A stretch of 64,000 nt of DNA from an uncultured Lachnospiraceae bacterium. GTDB lineage: Bacteria > Bacillota > Clostridia > Lachnospirales > Lachnospiraceae. Location: NCBI GenBank assembly GCA_900317475.1, contig ONGY01000001.1, forward strand, positions 52,759 through 116,758. The letters are read 5' to 3'. Each line of letters begins with the position of its first letter. Positions within the stretch are counted from its first letter, which is position 1. Shown here one piece after another: positions 10,052 to 19,732 of the stretch. The notes beneath the pieces were generated by a model that searched no databases, was not told the origin of the DNA, and saw nothing but the letters and a program-made list of their open reading frames with translations. The translations under genes and the position numbers were made by a program.

Positions 10052-11973
10052 TGCGAACTTATATTCTCGCACTCACCAGATATTCCATAATGGGCTTTAT
10101 GGTCCTTTATACTGTGCTGTCCCTGTATCAGCTCCGGAACATCGGCCATGCGCGCAGGCGAAAGGTCTGTCTGTATCTTCTGATTCTGATTTTTCTCATC
10201 AACGCACTGTCGTTTCTCACGATTGCTGTCGGCAATTCCGATCTTTCGTATTTCGGGCTTTTCATAGCTGAGACCATTGGGTTCGCTGCGTCAGTCTATA
10301 TCTATATGCAGCTGTACCCGAGAGGCAATCTGACGCTTTATATTCATGTCATCATGATGCTCTCCGTGGGACTCATTGTAATTGCGCGCATTGATTTCTC
10401 TGAGGCCATCAAGCAGTTTGTCATCGCTGTGATCGGGCTTGTGATCACGATCGTCGTGCCGTATTTCATGCGGCGGTTCCGGTTCTACAAGAATCTCACG
10501 TATATTTATGCCGCCGCCGGCGCGGCTGCGCTTCTTGCCGTTCTTCTCATCGGCAATTATGTTTACGGTTCGAATCTGAATTTCACGATCGGCGGCATCA
10601 CGATGCAGCCGTCTGAGTTCGTTAAAATTCTGTTCGTCCTCTTTATAGCGAGCTCCTACTACGAGGCATCCTCTTTCCGCGAGGTCTTCATTACCGGTGT
10701 GATCGCCGCGATGCATGTGCTCATCCTCATCGCCTCGAATGACCTGGGGTCCGCGCTCATTTTCTATGTTGTGTTTTTTTTCATGACGTATCTTGCAACC
10801 GGCAAGCCGGGCTACCTCATTCTCGGCGCAGCCGCGGGCGCCGCAGGAGCGATTCTGTGCGTCCGGGTTTTTGCGCATGTACGGACGCGTTTCATTGCAT
10901 GGAGAGACCCCTGGAGCGTCATTGACGGAGACGGATATCAGATTACACAGTCGCTCTTTGCGATCTCGGGAGGCGGACTCTTCGGACTCGGACTCACGCA
11001 GGGCACACCGGGAGACATACCGTTTGTCGACAAGGACTTTATTTTTGCGGCGATCTGCGAGGAAATGGGGCTCATTTTCGCGATGTGCGTGATGATCATG
11101 TGCATTGTCATCTTTATCAACATCATCTGGATCGCTTTGAATTTTGATGACCGTTTCTACCGTTTCGCCGCCTTTGGCTTTGCGGTTGTCTATATCTTCC
11201 AGACGTTCCTCACCATCGGCGGCGATGTGCGGTTCATACCGCTCACCGGCGTGACGCTTCCGCTCGTGAGTTACGGCGGAAGTTCGGTGCTTGCGACAAT
11301 CATTATGTTTGCGATGGTGCAGGGAATTTATATCATGCAGCAGGACCAGATTGCCGCGCAGCGGAGAAGAAATGGGGCATACCGCCGCAGGAGAAATGTT
11401 TATCCGGATTATGGAAGACGGGCTTCCGGCTATGAGAGAATCCCGATACGCGGGGAAATTGAAGGCGGGGACGAAACGGAACGATACGGAAGAAACGCCG
11501 GCACCGGATACGCATCACGCAAAGAAGATACCTACGGATATGGAGCCCGGCCGGAGAGAACGTATGGAACCGGGAATGGGGCACGGGCCGAGAGGCTGAG
11601 AACGTACAGCGCCGGAAATCGGACGCGCCCGGAGAGGCTAAGAACGTACAGCCCGGAGCAGCCTGCCCGCACAGAGAGAATGTATGACAGGACCGATTAT
11701 CCTGCAGAGGATGCGGCCAGAAGTGAATGCCGCAGAGTCCGGCCGGACAGAAATGCGGATTCGGAAGGGTGGCCGGATGTGACCGGTTTCCTTTCCGGAT
11801 ACAGGAACCGCCCGGAAGAGGGACGGACCCGGAATGCGGAGCGCAGGGATGACTCGGATCCGGACGCAACGGATGTATTCGATCAGCTCTATGACTCACT
11901 TTTCGGTGATGAGGGCGATTCGGAAGAAAACACCGGCTATTCGCAGGGAAATTCCGGAAGATACAATGGTTGA
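10051..11973 (+). CDS. FtsW/RodA/SpoVE (SEDS) family protein with ~200-aa low-complexity C-terminal extension
   Basis: Multi-TM protein with MQPSEFVK, NDLGSAL, GYQITQSLFAI..GG..G.G, DFIFAAICEEMG, TGVTLPLVSYGGSS. Confidence 0.93.
   Translation: MRTYILALTRYSIMGFMVLYTVLSLYQLRNIGHARRRKVCLYLLILIFLINALSFLTIAVGNSDLSYFGLFIAETIGFAASVYIYMQLYPRGNLTLYIHVIMMLSVGLIVIARIDFSEAIKQFVIAVIGLVITIVVPYFMRRFRFYKNLTYIYAAAGAAALLAVLLIGNYVYGSNLNFTIGGITMQPSEFVKILFVLFIASSYYEASSFREVFITGVIAAMHVLILIASNDLGSALIFYVVFFFMTYLATGKPGYLILGAAAGAAGAILCVRVFAHVRTRFIAWRDPWSVIDGDGYQITQSLFAISGGGLFGLGLTQGTPGDIPFVDKDFIFAAICEEMGLIFAMCVMIMCIVIFINIIWIALNFDDRFYRFAAFGFAVVYIFQTFLTIGGDVRFIPLTGVTLPLVSYGGSSVLATIIMFAMVQGIYIMQQDQIAAQRRRNGAYRRRRNVYPDYGRRASGYERIPIRGEIEGGDETERYGRNAGTGYASRKEDTYGYGARPERTYGTGNGARAERLRTYSAGNRTRPERLRTYSPEQPARTERMYDRTDYPAEDAARSECRRVRPDRNADSEGWPDVTGFLSGYRNRPEEGRTRNAERRDDSDPDATDVFDQLYDSLFGDEGDSEENTGYSQGNSGRYNG
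11590..11652 (+). repeat. 42-nt-period coding repeat (ERLRTYS x2) in the SEDS tail
   Basis: GAGAGGCT(G/A)AGAACGTACAGC at 11590-11610 and 11632-11652. Confidence 0.85.
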
Positions 11974-12032
11974 TATGGCGGGAAAGCAGGCGGAGTACTG
12001 CCTGATAAAGGAAAGGGCGTAATTACTATTTC

Positions 12033-13844
12033 ATGAGAGACGACTACGATGACTATCGCCCGACCGCAGCTCAGCGGAAGAGGCGGCGCGAGAAAAGAAA
12101 AATGCGCAGGAAGATTCTCTTCACGCAGTGGGTCTTCGTTGCACTGTTTGCGGCGATGGGAACGTTCATCTGCTTCTATTCTCTGCGCTATAAGCGCGAG
12201 CTCTATGAGAATTCCTTCAATGGAAGAGAGAGCAAGCGGCTGGCACAGATCACGAAGGGATCGATTCTGGCCGCGGACGGCTCTGTACTTGCGAGAACAG
12301 TGGAGAATGCAGACGGAACGGAGACGCGCGAGTATCCGTACGGAAATGTTTTTGCACATGTCGTAGGGTACTCCGACAACGGAGCCAGCGGTCTTGAGTA
12401 TGATTACAGTGTCGAGACATCGACCTCGAGTCTGTCACTTTCCGAGAAGGCAGCCCTCGATGAGAAGGGGGAGAAATACGGCGGTGATAGTGTTGTGACG
12501 ACGCTGGATCCGGTAATCCAGCAGGCGGCCTATGATGCGATGGGTGCATACAAGGGAGCCATTATTGTCTCGGACCCCAAGACCGGCGATATATTGGCAA
12601 TGGTCTCTAAACCGGATTTTGACCCGGCGAAGGTTGCTGAAAACTGGACAACCTATGTGAATGAGGATCCAACGGTCGGAACACTTCTGAACCGTGTGAC
12701 GCAGGGTGCCTATCCGCCCGGCTCCACGTTCAAGATTGTGGATACGATTGAATACCTCAAGGAGCATCCGGACGACTGGCAGAATTATAGTTTTGACTGT
12801 ACCGGTGACTATATTGTCGACAATTACAAGATTCACTGCTTCCACTATGAAGTACACGGCGAGGAGAATCTTCTGCAGTCGTTTGCCAATTCCTGCAACT
12901 GCTCATTCGGCAATATAGGACTTTCTCTTGATAAGGATGAATGGAACTCGACGATGTCGGGTCTTCTTTTCAACCGGGATCTCCCATATGATTACACATA
13001 CAATCAGAGCTCCGTACATCTCACCGATGATACGGATACACAGGAGACGGTCCAGGTCGCAATCGGACAGGGCGAGACAAGTATGTCTCCGCTTCACATG
13101 AATCTCATCACCAACGCAGTGGCGAACGGCGGTGTACTGATGAATCCAAGACTGGTCAGTGCAATCGATACGGCTGCAGGCACCACCGTTAAAACGTATA
13201 ATACAAAAGAGTACGGTCAGTTGTTCGACAGCTGGATTGCAGATGAACTGTGCACGATGATGCGCGCGGTGGTTACGGACGGCACGGCGACAAAACTTGC
13301 CGATGCAGCCTATGAAGCTGCGGGCAAGACGGGGTCGGCGGAATACGATGCCTCCGATGAAACAAAGTCGCATGCGTGGTTTACTGGATTTGCACCGGTC
13401 GATGATCCGCAGGTCAGTGTGACTGTCATCATGGAAGGCGGCGGAAGCGGCGGTGAGGTTGCAGTCCCGGCTGCAAAAGCAGTTCTGGATGCTTACTTTG
13501 CAAAGCGATTGTATATCGGTGAGAAAATTAAATATCCCGATCTCGTGAAGTGGAAACTGCGCCATCACGCAGGACAGCCGACGGTCTGGTGTGTCACGCT
13601 GCCGGAACAGGCCGATATGCCGGAGATTCTTCACAGTATGTATCTTTGCAGCCGGTATTACCGCGAGAATCCGCCGCTGATTATCGGCATTGCCGGAAGC
13701 CGGGACGATGCATTTGAGCTGGTCCGGATGATTGTGGAAGAGGCAGTGCGTGCAGATGGAGATCCGAATGTAAGAAAGTTTCTCTTTCCGCACGGGGTCC
13801 GTGTCAGGAGAAGCAGAAGCACTGCAGAAAGAGAGGATGCATGA
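12033..13844 (+). CDS. Class B penicillin-binding transpeptidase (PbpA-like), apparently fused in frame to a ~110-aa downstream hypothetical protein
   Basis: Catalytic motifs PGSTFK, SCN and KTGSAE; N-terminal TM; transpeptidase domain ends at ...AKAVLDAYF but the frame continues. Confidence 0.9.
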   Translation: MRDDYDDYRPTAAQRKRRREKRKMRRKILFTQWVFVALFAAMGTFICFYSLRYKRELYENSFNGRESKRLAQITKGSILAADGSVLARTVENADGTETREYPYGNVFAHVVGYSDNGASGLEYDYSVETSTSSLSLSEKAALDEKGEKYGGDSVVTTLDPVIQQAAYDAMGAYKGAIIVSDPKTGDILAMVSKPDFDPAKVAENWTTYVNEDPTVGTLLNRVTQGAYPPGSTFKIVDTIEYLKEHPDDWQNYSFDCTGDYIVDNYKIHCFHYEVHGEENLLQSFANSCNCSFGNIGLSLDKDEWNSTMSGLLFNRDLPYDYTYNQSSVHLTDDTDTQETVQVAIGQGETSMSPLHMNLITNAVANGGVLMNPRLVSAIDTAAGTTVKTYNTKEYGQLFDSWIADELCTMMRAVVTDGTATKLADAAYEAAGKTGSAEYDASDETKSHAWFTGFAPVDDPQVSVTVIMEGGGSGGEVAVPAAKAVLDAYFAKRLYIGEKIKYPDLVKWKLRHHAGQPTVWCVTLPEQADMPEILHSMYLCSRYYRENPPLIIGIAGSRDDAFELVRMIVEEAVRADGDPNVRKFLFPHGVRVRRSRSTAEREDA

Positions 13845-14890
13845 TGGCAGCTTTTCTTTCGGTGCTTTCTGTTATCGGACATATTTTGCTTATCGTTCTT
13901 GTGGTTCTGGCAGCTGTTCTTCTTGTCATCCTGTTTGTCCCTGTTCGTTACCGACTGAACGGGAGAATAACGGATCCGGAAAACCGCGATGAACCCTTAA
14001 ACATGGAGATGCTGCTTCAGAGAACCACCGCAGATTTTTCTTTTTCCTGGCTTATTCATCTCGTCCGCGGCGGCATTTCTTATCCGCAAAAACCGAATTT
14101 TACGGTAAAGATTCTCTGGTTCACCGTATTTGGTGCACAAAACCGCGGCGGAAAGAAAACGGACGGGGAGAAAACTGGAAACGGGGACAATAAGAAACAC
14201 AGGAGCCATAAGGTTCATAAGAACCATGAGAAAAATGGCGGAGATGACAGTGCCTCAGGTCCGGGAACAGTACAGAATCCGGGGGCCGAAGAATCGGGGA
14301 CTGAAAAAGAACCGGAGATAAAGACGGATTCCGATGATGCCTGCAGGGACAAAGATGATACGGGGAAGGATGCAGAAAAGAAAAAAGAAACGGCATCCGG
14401 CTCCGGGGAGGCGGCCGGTTCATCACGGATGGAACGGCTCCGGTGCAAGCTGCAGGCGTTCTGTGGTAAGATGAAAAGGATTTCCAGGAATATCCGGTAC
14501 TACCTTTCAATTTTGGAAAGTCCCCGCTTCGAGGCTGCATTCAATAAGGTGAAGGACAAAGTCCTCAGGCTTTTGAAGAAGGTTTTACCTTCGAAATGGA
14601 TGCTCCGGGGAACCGTGGGTTTTGGTGATCCGGAGAAGGCAGGCCTGCTTATGGAGGCAATGGGAATTCTATGGCCGCTGACGGCAGGGCACATGGACGT
14701 GACGCCGGAATTTTATCAGTACCGGTGCGATCTGGAATTTCACGCGAAGGGAAAGATATTCATTATTACGCTGCTCGTCCTGTTCCTGCAGCTGTATTTT
14801 GATAAGAATGTAAAGATTATCTACCACGCGCTTCGGAAAGACAGTAAAAAGACAAAGAAGAGCAGGAGGTCAGACAATGGCGGAAAATAA
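13841..14890 (+). CDS. Membrane-anchored hypothetical protein (DUF2953-like) with charged low-complexity middle
   Basis: N-terminal TM then VLLVILFVPVRY; C-terminal GTVGFGDPEKAG...PEF motif; conserved position before gerW. Confidence 0.7.
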   Translation: MMAAFLSVLSVIGHILLIVLVVLAAVLLVILFVPVRYRLNGRITDPENRDEPLNMEMLLQRTTADFSFSWLIHLVRGGISYPQKPNFTVKILWFTVFGAQNRGGKKTDGEKTGNGDNKKHRSHKVHKNHEKNGGDDSASGPGTVQNPGAEESGTEKEPEIKTDSDDACRDKDDTGKDAEKKKETASGSGEAAGSSRMERLRCKLQAFCGKMKRISRNIRYYLSILESPRFEAAFNKVKDKVLRLLKKVLPSKWMLRGTVGFGDPEKAGLLMEAMGILWPLTAGHMDVTPEFYQYRCDLEFHAKGKIFIITLLVLFLQLYFDKNVKIIYHALRKDSKKTKKSRRSDNGGK

Positions 14891-15323
14891 CAATACTTTT
14901 TCGACGGTGATTAAATCCCTTGTGGACGGCGCAGGCGGTGCCGTCTCATCGAAGACTGTCGTTGGGGAACCTGTCCGGGTCGGCGATACCACAATCATCC
15001 CTCTGTCGGATGTGACCTTCGGCTGTGCCGCCGGATCGAACAATGCGGACCGGAAGGACAGCGGCCAGGGCGGCTTTGCAGCCAAAATGTCACCGAGCGC
15101 AGTACTGGTTATCCGCGGCGGTACAGTCAAGGTTGTCAATATCAAGAATCAGGATGCCTTAACCAAGCTCGTGGATATGATTCCGGACATCGTCGACCGC
15201 CTCACCGCGAATCGCCAGGGAATGATGGACGATGACGATGCCGTCGAATATGCATTCCCGGGACGGAAAAAACAGGAGACAAAATCGCAGAGCAGCAGCG
15301 GTCCGGAAACGGAGCAAAAATAA
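14877..15323 (+). CDS. GerW/YtfJ family protein
   Basis: KTVVGEPVRVGDTTIIPLSDVTFG..AG, GGFAAKMSPSAVLVI, KLVDMIPDIV. Confidence 0.85.
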   Translation: MAENNNTFSTVIKSLVDGAGGAVSSKTVVGEPVRVGDTTIIPLSDVTFGCAAGSNNADRKDSGQGGFAAKMSPSAVLVIRGGTVKVVNIKNQDALTKLVDMIPDIVDRLTANRQGMMDDDDAVEYAFPGRKKQETKSQSSSGPETEQK

Positions 15324-15346
15324 TTGCAGGGGGCCGCTGTTTATTC

Positions 15347-15382
15347 CAGCATCCGGAGTGCAGCTATGGACTCCGGATGCTG
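15347..15382. repeat. 13-bp perfect inverted repeat (REP-like or terminator)
   Basis: CAGCATCCGGAGT - 10 nt - ACTCCGGATGCTG; no U-tail on the + strand. Confidence 0.8.
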
Positions 15383-15427
15383 TGAAAAACGGCAGAACAG
15401 GATAATTCCGCCGTTTCGAAAAAATGA

Positions 15428-15456
15428 TTGCAAACATTGGAACGTTCTGATAGAAT
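15428..15456 (+). promoter_or_regulatory. Sigma-A promoter of rpmB
   Basis: TTGCAA, 17 nt, TAGAAT with extended TG. Confidence 0.75.
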
Positions 15457-15501
15457 ATTTTCGTTATGTTTGGAAATCCCTGAAGTCAGGAGGTGTTAAT
15501 C

Positions 15502-15687
15502 ATGGCTAAGTGTGATATCTGCGGCAAAGGAGCTCACTTCGGCAACAACGTCAGCCATTCACATAGAAGATCCAATCGCATCTGGAATTCCAACGTTCAG
15601 ACCGTATCGGTCAAGGTCAACGGCGGTGTGAGAAAGATGCATGTGTGCACGAGCTGCCTTCGTTCCGGAAAAGTTGAGCGCGCCTGA
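15502..15687 (+). CDS. rpmB: 50S ribosomal protein L28 (zinc-ribbon C+ form)
   Basis: MAKCDICGK..HFGNNVSHSHRRSNRIWNSN...VCTSCLRSGKV; RBS AGGAGG. Confidence 0.98.
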   Translation: MAKCDICGKGAHFGNNVSHSHRRSNRIWNSNVQTVSVKVNGGVRKMHVCTSCLRSGKVERA

Positions 15688-15712
15688 ATCATCCAACAGG
15701 GTTCGTCTTAAG

Positions 15713-15743
15713 CGGCCTGAAGCGTAAGCTTCAGGCCGTTTTT
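15713..15743 (+). terminator. Rho-independent terminator after rpmB
   Basis: CGGCCTGAAG-CGTAAG-CTTCAGGCCG-TTTTT. Confidence 0.88.
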
Positions 15744-15852
15744 CCGATGTTCCTTTTCGGCCCCGATGCGCGTATAATAAATTGAGCGCACCCCGGATAA
15801 GACAATGAATCCGGACAGTGAGCAGATTATGAATGAAGCAGGGAGGCAGCGA

Positions 15853-16212
15853 ATGAAGTCATCATCCATGAATACCCATATGGGCAACATATCGATTGAC
15901 AACGAAGTTATTGCTCAATACGCAGGAACGGTGGCTACGGAGTGCTTTGGAATCGTGGGAATGGCCTCTGTGATGAAGAGCGGTCTCGTCAACCTTTTAA
16001 AGAAGGATTCGATGACGAGAGGAATTGCAGTTACGCTGAATCCAGACGGTAAGCTGGACATCGATTTTCACGTCATTGTCTCGTACGGGGTCAATATTCC
16101 TACCGTGGCAGAGAACCTGATCAGCAATGTCCGTTACCGCGTGGAGGAATTCACTGGTCTTGAAATTGATAAAATCAACATCTTCGTCGAAGGCGTCAAG
16201 GTCATCGATTAA
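15853..16212 (+). CDS. Asp23/Gls24 family protein (YloU-like)
   Basis: GNISIDNEVIAQYAGTVATECFGIVGMA, HVIVSYGVNI, INIFVEGVKV; canonical rpmB-yloU-fakA order; RBS GGGAGG. Confidence 0.92.
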   Translation: MKSSSMNTHMGNISIDNEVIAQYAGTVATECFGIVGMASVMKSGLVNLLKKDSMTRGIAVTLNPDGKLDIDFHVIVSYGVNIPTVAENLISNVRYRVEEFTGLEIDKINIFVEGVKVID

Positions 16213-16238
16213 GTCTGATATTCAGGAGGAAATGAATT

Positions 16239-17951
16239 TTGAGTACGAGTTCGATTGACGCTAAGATGTTTTCACAGATGTTCTTAGCCGCGGCTTATAA
16301 TCTCAAGTCCAACAAGGAATGGATTAATGAGCTGAATGTGTTCCCGGTTCCGGACGGCGATACGGGAACGAACATGACAATGACCATCACATCCGCGGTC
16401 AGGGAATTAGAAGGCCTTGGAGATGATTTCGATATGATGTCGCTCTGCAAGTCGATTTCATCCGGATCGCTCCGCGGCGCAAGAGGAAATTCCGGTGTCA
16501 TTCTGTCCCAGCTGCTCCGTGGTTTCTGCAAGGCTGTCCGTGATCATGCTGAGATTGACGTCCCTGCCGCTGCTGCCGGTATGGATAAGGCTGTCGAGAC
16601 GGCTTACAAGGCCGTTATGAAACCGAAGGAAGGAACTATTCTCACGGTTGCAAAGGGAGTCGCTGAGAAGAGCCGCGAACTGGTCAATGCAGGTGAGACA
16701 GATATCGACAAATATCTCACAGAGGTGATTGAATACGGTGATCAGGTGCTTGCTTCCACACCGGATATGCTGCCGGTTCTGAAGCAGGCGGGCGTCGTTG
16801 ATTCCGGCGGACAGGGACTGATCCAGGTTCTCAAGGGAGCATTGGAAGGACTGCATGGCAAGGTCCTTACAGCGGAGGAAGTACTCGCGGAGGAAGAAGC
16901 TCCGGAAGAGGAGCGGCAGGCCGAGGGTGAAATTCCGGAACTCTCTGCCGATGAAGGCCTTAAATATGGCTACAGCACCGAGTTCGTCATCGTGCTTGAC
17001 CGGCCGGCTAATCTCTGGAATCCGAAGACGGAAAAAGATTTTAAGCATTTCCTCGATTCCATCGGTGATACAAAGGTCTGCGAGAAGGACGATAACGAAG
17101 GTGTGGTCAAAGTAGATCTGGAATCGAACGATCCCGGACTTGCTATTGAGAAAGCTCTGATGTACGGCCAGCTCGTCAAAATCAAAGTGGAAAATCTCCG
17201 CGCCGCGAAGAAAGCAAAGGAAGAAGCGGCAGCCGGGCAGCCGGCTCCATCGCAGGAGACACCGGCAGATGCAGAACAGATGCCGAAGAAGGATGTCGCT
17301 TTTATCGCTGTCTGCGCCGGTGACGGATTGGCAGAGATTTTCCGCGGACTTGGCGTTGATTATGTCATTTCCGGCGGTCAGACGATGAACCCGAGTACGG
17401 AAGACATCCTTGAGGCGGTTGAAAAGGTCAATGCCGACACCGTATTCGTTCTTCCGAATAACAAAAATATCATCATGGCGGCAAACCAGGCAGCCATTCT
17501 TTCGAAGGACAGAAAGATTATCGTGATCCCGACAAAGACTGTTCCGCAGGGAATCACGGCTGTCATCAATTATATGCCGGATGTGGATCCGGAGGTCAAC
17601 TGTGATAACATGACGCAGGAGATCGCAAAGGTGAAGAGCGCCGAGGTCACCTATGCAGTGCGGGACACGGTGCTTGATGATGTTGAAATCCATCAGGGCG
17701 ATATGATGGCTCTCGGCGACAGCGGAATTCTCGCAACCGGGAAGGACCGCGATGAGACGACCATCGATTCACTCCGGAAGATGGTCACTCCGTCCACCTC
17801 TCTCATCAGCGTTTACTACGGTGCAGACGTGACGGAGCAGGATGCAGAGACGTTCGGCGACAAGGTACGCAGTGAATTCGCAAACTGCGATGTGGAAGTG
17901 CAGAAGGGCGGACAGCCGATTTATTACTACATCCTTTCGGCGGAAGAGTAA
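16239..17951 (+). CDS. fakA: DAK2 domain fatty acid kinase subunit A (FakA/YloV)
   Basis: LNVFPVPDGDTGTNM, GARGNSGVILSQ, KPKEGTILTV, DSGGQG, GGQTMNPST, GGQPIYYYI; TTG start with RBS AGGAGG. Confidence 0.95.
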   Translation: MSTSSIDAKMFSQMFLAAAYNLKSNKEWINELNVFPVPDGDTGTNMTMTITSAVRELEGLGDDFDMMSLCKSISSGSLRGARGNSGVILSQLLRGFCKAVRDHAEIDVPAAAAGMDKAVETAYKAVMKPKEGTILTVAKGVAEKSRELVNAGETDIDKYLTEVIEYGDQVLASTPDMLPVLKQAGVVDSGGQGLIQVLKGALEGLHGKVLTAEEVLAEEEAPEEERQAEGEIPELSADEGLKYGYSTEFVIVLDRPANLWNPKTEKDFKHFLDSIGDTKVCEKDDNEGVVKVDLESNDPGLAIEKALMYGQLVKIKVENLRAAKKAKEEAAAGQPAPSQETPADAEQMPKKDVAFIAVCAGDGLAEIFRGLGVDYVISGGQTMNPSTEDILEAVEKVNADTVFVLPNNKNIIMAANQAAILSKDRKIIVIPTKTVPQGITAVINYMPDVDPEVNCDNMTQEIAKVKSAEVTYAVRDTVLDDVEIHQGDMMALGDSGILATGKDRDETTIDSLRKMVTPSTSLISVYYGADVTEQDAETFGDKVRSEFANCDVEVQKGGQPIYYYILSAEE

Positions 17952-18034
17952 TCCGCTTCAGCCGTTTCTCCAAGGCAGGGTGTCTTTTGGATTCATCGGA
18001 CAGAAAGACAAAATGTCTGAATATTAAAATTTTT

Positions 18035-18078
18035 AAAGAGGCTTGTATCAATAATGATACAAACCTCTTTTGCTTTTT
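18035..18078 (+). terminator. Terminator after the asp23-fakA unit, at the left edge of the islet
   Basis: AAAGAGG-C-TTGTATCA-ATAA-TGATACAA-A-CCTCTTT followed by TGCTTTTT. Confidence 0.75.
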
Positions 18079-18384
18079 GAAAAATGATGTGGAATAATGG
18101 GGGCGTTGCGGCAGAAGAAAGTATCCGGAATGCCTTTATCATACGCAATTGAATCAGTTTGACGTCTGTCCGGCCTTCTGTGATAGGCCTGTATAAAGAA
18201 TATAGCACGTATTTTGCAACTAACAATAGTAAATTTATAGACACTTTATAACTATTTTGCATATATTCAATATATAGTCGTCACATAATGCATTTATCTA
18301 TATCTTGTGCTGACAGATGACATCACTATTTTCCAGACATTAAATTCTGCCGCAGCAGAATACTACCGTGGAAGGAGAATTGTG

Positions 18385-19350
18385 ATGAATGAAAATGTAA
18401 TGCTGGAACAAACCGCGGAAGAATGGCTGGCAAGCGTCCGTGAACGTGTGGCCGGCTCTACCTATGTGCAATATCACATGGTGACAAAAAAATATATTCT
18501 GCCCGCGATCGGCAGCCGTATGTGCCGGGCCCTCCGGGGGCAGGACATTACGGCTTTTCTCGAGGAATGCCAGACAAAACCTTCTTATCGCGGGGATTTC
18601 CTGTCCCCGTCCACAGTTGGAAACATCCGGACTGTTTTAAGAATGATCCTTCAGTACGGAACGGACCGGGGATACATTCCCGCATTTCAGGTCCGCTATC
18701 GGATTGCAGGCAGCAAAAGCATCCAGGGGCGCTGTCTGTCTACAAAGGATGCACGCCGCATGGAAGCGTATCTGTCCGGGACGGATAACGTACGTGAATA
18801 CGGTCTTACCCTGTGTCTTGACATGGGTCTTCGTCTTGGAGAACTATGTGCACTTCAATGGGAGGATATTGATCTCGAAAACGGAATTCTGCATATCCGG
18901 AAAACCGTCAAGAAGGATGAAACGAAAGACACGGACGGAAATCCGAAGTATCAATGGATCATCGGTGTTCCGAAATCGCAGAAATCCTACCGTGACATTC
19001 CCATTCCGGTCCCTGTTGAAAAACGCCTGAAAGAATTTCATTCGTCCGTGACAGATGAGAGCTGTTACTTTCTCAACGGCAGAAAGGACCGTTTTGTGCT
19101 GCCGCGCAGCTATCAGGCAAGTTTCAGGGGATACCTTAAGAAGATGGGGATCGGAGACATTAATATACATGCACTCCGGCACAGCTTTGCAACACGCTGC
19201 CTTGCTAAATCCGATGCAAGAACGGTGAGCGAACTTCTGGGCCACTCGAGCCCTTCCGTCACAATGAATATTTACATCCACTCAACGATGGAGACAAAAA
19301 GAAAAGCAGTCAACAGCATCTCATTCCGGTCGGGCTTTGTATCCGGGTAA
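18385..19350 (+). CDS. Tyrosine recombinase / site-specific integrase
   Basis: GLRLGELCALQWEDID (R), HALRHSFATR (HxxR), LLGHSS..TMNIY (H, Y) all intact; ATG 18385 with RBS GGAAGGAG. Confidence 0.93.
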   Translation: MNENVMLEQTAEEWLASVRERVAGSTYVQYHMVTKKYILPAIGSRMCRALRGQDITAFLEECQTKPSYRGDFLSPSTVGNIRTVLRMILQYGTDRGYIPAFQVRYRIAGSKSIQGRCLSTKDARRMEAYLSGTDNVREYGLTLCLDMGLRLGELCALQWEDIDLENGILHIRKTVKKDETKDTDGNPKYQWIIGVPKSQKSYRDIPIPVPVEKRLKEFHSSVTDESCYFLNGRKDRFVLPRSYQASFRGYLKKMGIGDINIHALRHSFATRCLAKSDARTVSELLGHSSPSVTMNIYIHSTMETKRKAVNSISFRSGFVSG

Positions 19351-19543
19351 AATCGCGGATACACGCGGATTTGCGGACATTTTCCATCCGACACAATTCT
19401 GATTCTTTTGCGAATGTCTTCAACAGATTTCTCTGTTGTTTTATAAGGTAACAGAGAAAGGGCGGAGGCACAATGTACTGCAGAACCAGTGATGATAAGA
19501 TCCGGCCAGGGAAGGCCTGAATATAAAAAGAGGGGGCTGGCCA

Positions 19544-19732
19544 ATGAGCATCAGAAACGTGATTCTGGATGGGATGGTTTCGCCGAAGGGCTGTGATTAT
19601 GAAATGGAATGTCAGCAGTCGTTCAATCGAAGCTGCCTTGAGGAGACGCAGGGGGTCATGCGTTTTATCGGGGATGTCCGCAAAGACCTGGAAGGAGTGT
19701 GTGAAGAACAATGGAATACACTAGGTATCTGA
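19544..19732 (+). CDS. Small acidic hypothetical protein, putative antitoxin
   Basis: 62 aa, RBS AGAGGGGG, overlaps the next gene, ends ...CEEQWNTLGI resembling antitoxin C-termini. Confidence 0.4.
   Translation: MSIRNVILDGMVSPKGCDYEMECQQSFNRSCLEETQGVMRFIGDVRKDLEGVCEEQWNTLGI

Noticed and set aside
18278-18305. Xer/integrase core-like site CACATAA-TGCAT-TTATCT upstream of the islet integrase
   Set aside because: Spacer is 5 bp rather than 6-8, the arms are weak, and no partner site was found.
19473-19520. 15-codon ORF MYCRTSDDKIRPGKA with GGAGG RBS upstream of the TA-like pair
   Set aside because: Too short to support without conservation or Ribo-seq; not hydrophobic like a type I toxin.
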